From positions 3,029,527 to 3,093,526 of the forward strand of contig CAVNZM010000017.1 of the NCBI GenBank assembly GCA_963693365.1: DNA of 64,000 bases, read 5' to 3'. Positions 62,272-64,000 of the stretch are shown here, in pieces (the first letter of the stretch is position 1; each line of letters starts with the position of its first letter). The translations under genes were made by a program, and so were the position numbers. The DNA is from Amoebidium appalachense (lineage: Eukaryota; Protista; Ichthyosporea). The notes under the pieces are model-generated. The model saw only the letters and a list, made by a program, of their open reading frames with translations, searched no databases and was not told the DNA's origin.

Positions 62272-64000
62272 ATGCTCTCCTTTCTTTTCTGGAATGCTCG
62301 TAGTCTAAATAAGAGTAAAGCACAGTTTCTTCTTTCGTTACCCCAACAGGAGTTCCCGTTTATTGTTGTCGCAGAAACGTGGTGGCGAGACCACGCCACA
62401 CTCCGTCGGTCTGGACGGCTCGTCGGCGAGTCTACTCAGCCTGTGGGCCACAAGCCTCACTCCGGCATAGTGTTCATCGCCGCCTACCACTTTGTTAACC
62501 ACTGTTCAGTTATAGCACGTACAATACACACACTCACCATCTCAGTTTGTGGCCATATATGCACTTTTGTTTATTTTCCACCTAGCCTTCCACTTCTAGC
62601 ACTTAAACACGAGCTTAACACCATCGCCCCACATAACCCCACACTAGTGTTAGGAGACTTTAATAGCCCGCTAACTACCACCCCACACCCCCTACACGGC
62701 CACCCACAGGCCCTACTTAAACCCAACCACCCACGCACGCCAACCTTTCACACTTTTGTTACAGCCTTACGCCTTACTCTTCCATCTGTAGTACAAGAAC
62801 ACCGCACGGACTGGGGGGCAGCCTCTGGTCCTTGCACCTTACACATACACCACAACCTACACCCCCCACCGTCAGACCACCTACCTATAGTCTTTCGCAC
62901 TACACTTAGCCGTTCTACGCCGTCACCACAACACACTTACAGACTTAACGTACGCGAACTTAAAAGCCAGCGCGGCCAAGCAGACACTCGCTTCTTTTTC
63001 GAGACGGTGCAACCGAGTCTATTATCGCTTGTGCGTGATGGACGCCAAACCCCACTACGCACCGACCAGACCTTCATCGATAGCGTCTGGTCTACAGTAC
63101 GAGAAACCTTGTGGGACATAGGTGAATATGCCTGTTTAGGTGCCCAAGTTTACCCACAAGCACGAACTACACACACTCGCGGCCCTCGAGCGGAGGCTGC
63201 CTTACGTAAGCCTCTACCGTATCACATGCTATTGGGTAATATTCGGAAGATTGATCGCGGCGATCATTCGATTCGAATAACGGCCGACCCGTCATCCGAC
63301 CCGGAATCTGCAACCGATTCCTTTTACGGCACCCTGTTTAAACGTAACCCGACATGTATGGCCACGGACCTGGGGCAGGCGCCCCCTCCTGTTTTTGTTC
63401 CACCCTCCGACACACCACCACCACCACACACGGCGTGGCCAGCGGAGCCGGCTGAGTTTGGGGCGGAATTGGGGGAACTTTTTACCCCAGATGCGGTATG
63501 GCAGTTAGTCTCCCGTTACCCGTCCCGCAAAGCGTGCGGGCCGGACGGCATCCCTATGGCACTACTTAAGGTACTCATCCCACCCCGACCCGAGAAAGAC
63601 GAAAAGCGTGGCCCGCCGCCACCACTTACATGTATTCTTAGCGAGTTGTTTAGCTGGTATTCTGATGTCGGTAAAGTGCCCTCGGAGTGGCTAGCCACCT
63701 TAGTGTTTCCCATCAAGAAAACGGTTGCACAGGGTCCCATCCACGAATTTCGCCCTATCACCCTTACGTCCGTTTTTCGCCGATTATTCGAAAGTGGCCT
63801 TTTACAGGCCTTTTCCCGTAACCCCACCCTTAAGCAGGCTTCCCAGCTGAGCCCTCTTCAGGCGGCGTTTCGGCATCGACACTCATGTTACGCACAAATC
63901 CTCACTCTACATAATGCAACTCAAAGTGATACCGAGCACCTCGTATTTATCGATTTTAAGAACGCGTACGACACGGTCGACCTCCCTCGCCTGTGGGCCA
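62272..64000 (+). CDS. LINE ORF2: apurinic-like endonuclease plus reverse transcriptase (5' part; absent from the ORF track because it has no stop in the window)
   Basis: Read codon by codon with no stop from ATG 62272. APE motifs FWNARSL, VVAETWW, VYFPPS, LVLGDFNSP, SDHLPIV. RT motifs KACGPDGIP, VPSEW..TLVFPIKK, FRPITLTSVFRRLFE, QAAFR, FIDFKNAYDTV. Confidence 0.95.
   Translation, partial: MLSFLFWNARSLNKSKAQFLLSLPQQEFPFIVVAETWWRDHATLRRSGRLVGESTQPVGHKPHSGIVFIAAYHFVNHCSVIARTIHTLTISVCGHICTFVYFPPSLPLLALKHELNTIAPHNPTLVLGDFNSPLTTTPHPLHGHPQALLKPNHPRTPTFHTFVTALRLTLPSVVQEHRTDWGAASGPCTLHIHHNLHPPPSDHLPIVFRTTLSRSTPSPQHTYRLNVRELKSQRGQADTRFFFETVQPSLLSLVRDGRQTPLRTDQTFIDSVWSTVRETLWDIGEYACLGAQVYPQARTTHTRGPRAEAALRKPLPYHMLLGNIRKIDRGDHSIRITADPSSDPESATDSFYGTLFKRNPTCMATDLGQAPPPVFVPPSDTPPPPHTAWPAEPAEFGAELGELFTPDAVWQLVSRYPSRKACGPDGIPMALLKVLIPPRPEKDEKRGPPPPLTCILSELFSWYSDVGKVPSEWLATLVFPIKKTVAQGPIHEFRPITLTSVFRRLFESGLLQAFSRNPTLKQASQLSPLQAAFRHRHSCYAQILTLHNATQSDTEHLVFIDFKNAYDTVDLPRLWA

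Larger units (their letters stand above)
61001..64000 (+). mobile_element. Non-LTR retrotransposon (LINE; ORF1 plus APE endonuclease-RT ORF2), truncated by the right edge
   Basis: 5' region with CTACTTAGGC repeats, ORF1 from 61115, and ORF2 starting 2 nt after the ORF1 stop. The 5' boundary is approximate. Confidence 0.92.

Overview
Eukaryotic, intron-dense DNA whose introns are full of poly-C/G, poly-A/T, (CA)n and (GA)n tracts. A tyrosine-kinase-type receptor suggests a holozoan, possibly a unicellular one such as an ichthyosporean (inference only). Manual GT-AG splicing recovers five host genes: cytoplasmic poly(A)-binding protein (-, 3' part outside the window), a 17-exon alanine aminotransferase with a mitochondrial-type presequence (-), a nearly intronless long-chain acyl-CoA synthetase with three homopolymer frameshifts (-), a 22-exon SLC12A9/Vhc1-like cation-chloride cotransporter (+), and a single-pass receptor (+). 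The receptor is the most striking feature: a long hexapeptide-repeat (left-handed beta-helix) ectodomain is joined to a tyrosine-kinase-like domain lacking the VAIK Lys, the HRD Asp and the DFG Asp, i.e. a receptor pseudokinase. The window ends inside an APE+RT non-LTR retrotransposon. Also seen: a dispersed repeat family abutting poly-C tracts that includes a strongly base-paired ~170-nt segment, repeated tandem duplications spanning splice junctions, and a TOP-like plus A-rich PABP leader. Exon coordinates were derived by eye and may be off by a few bases.
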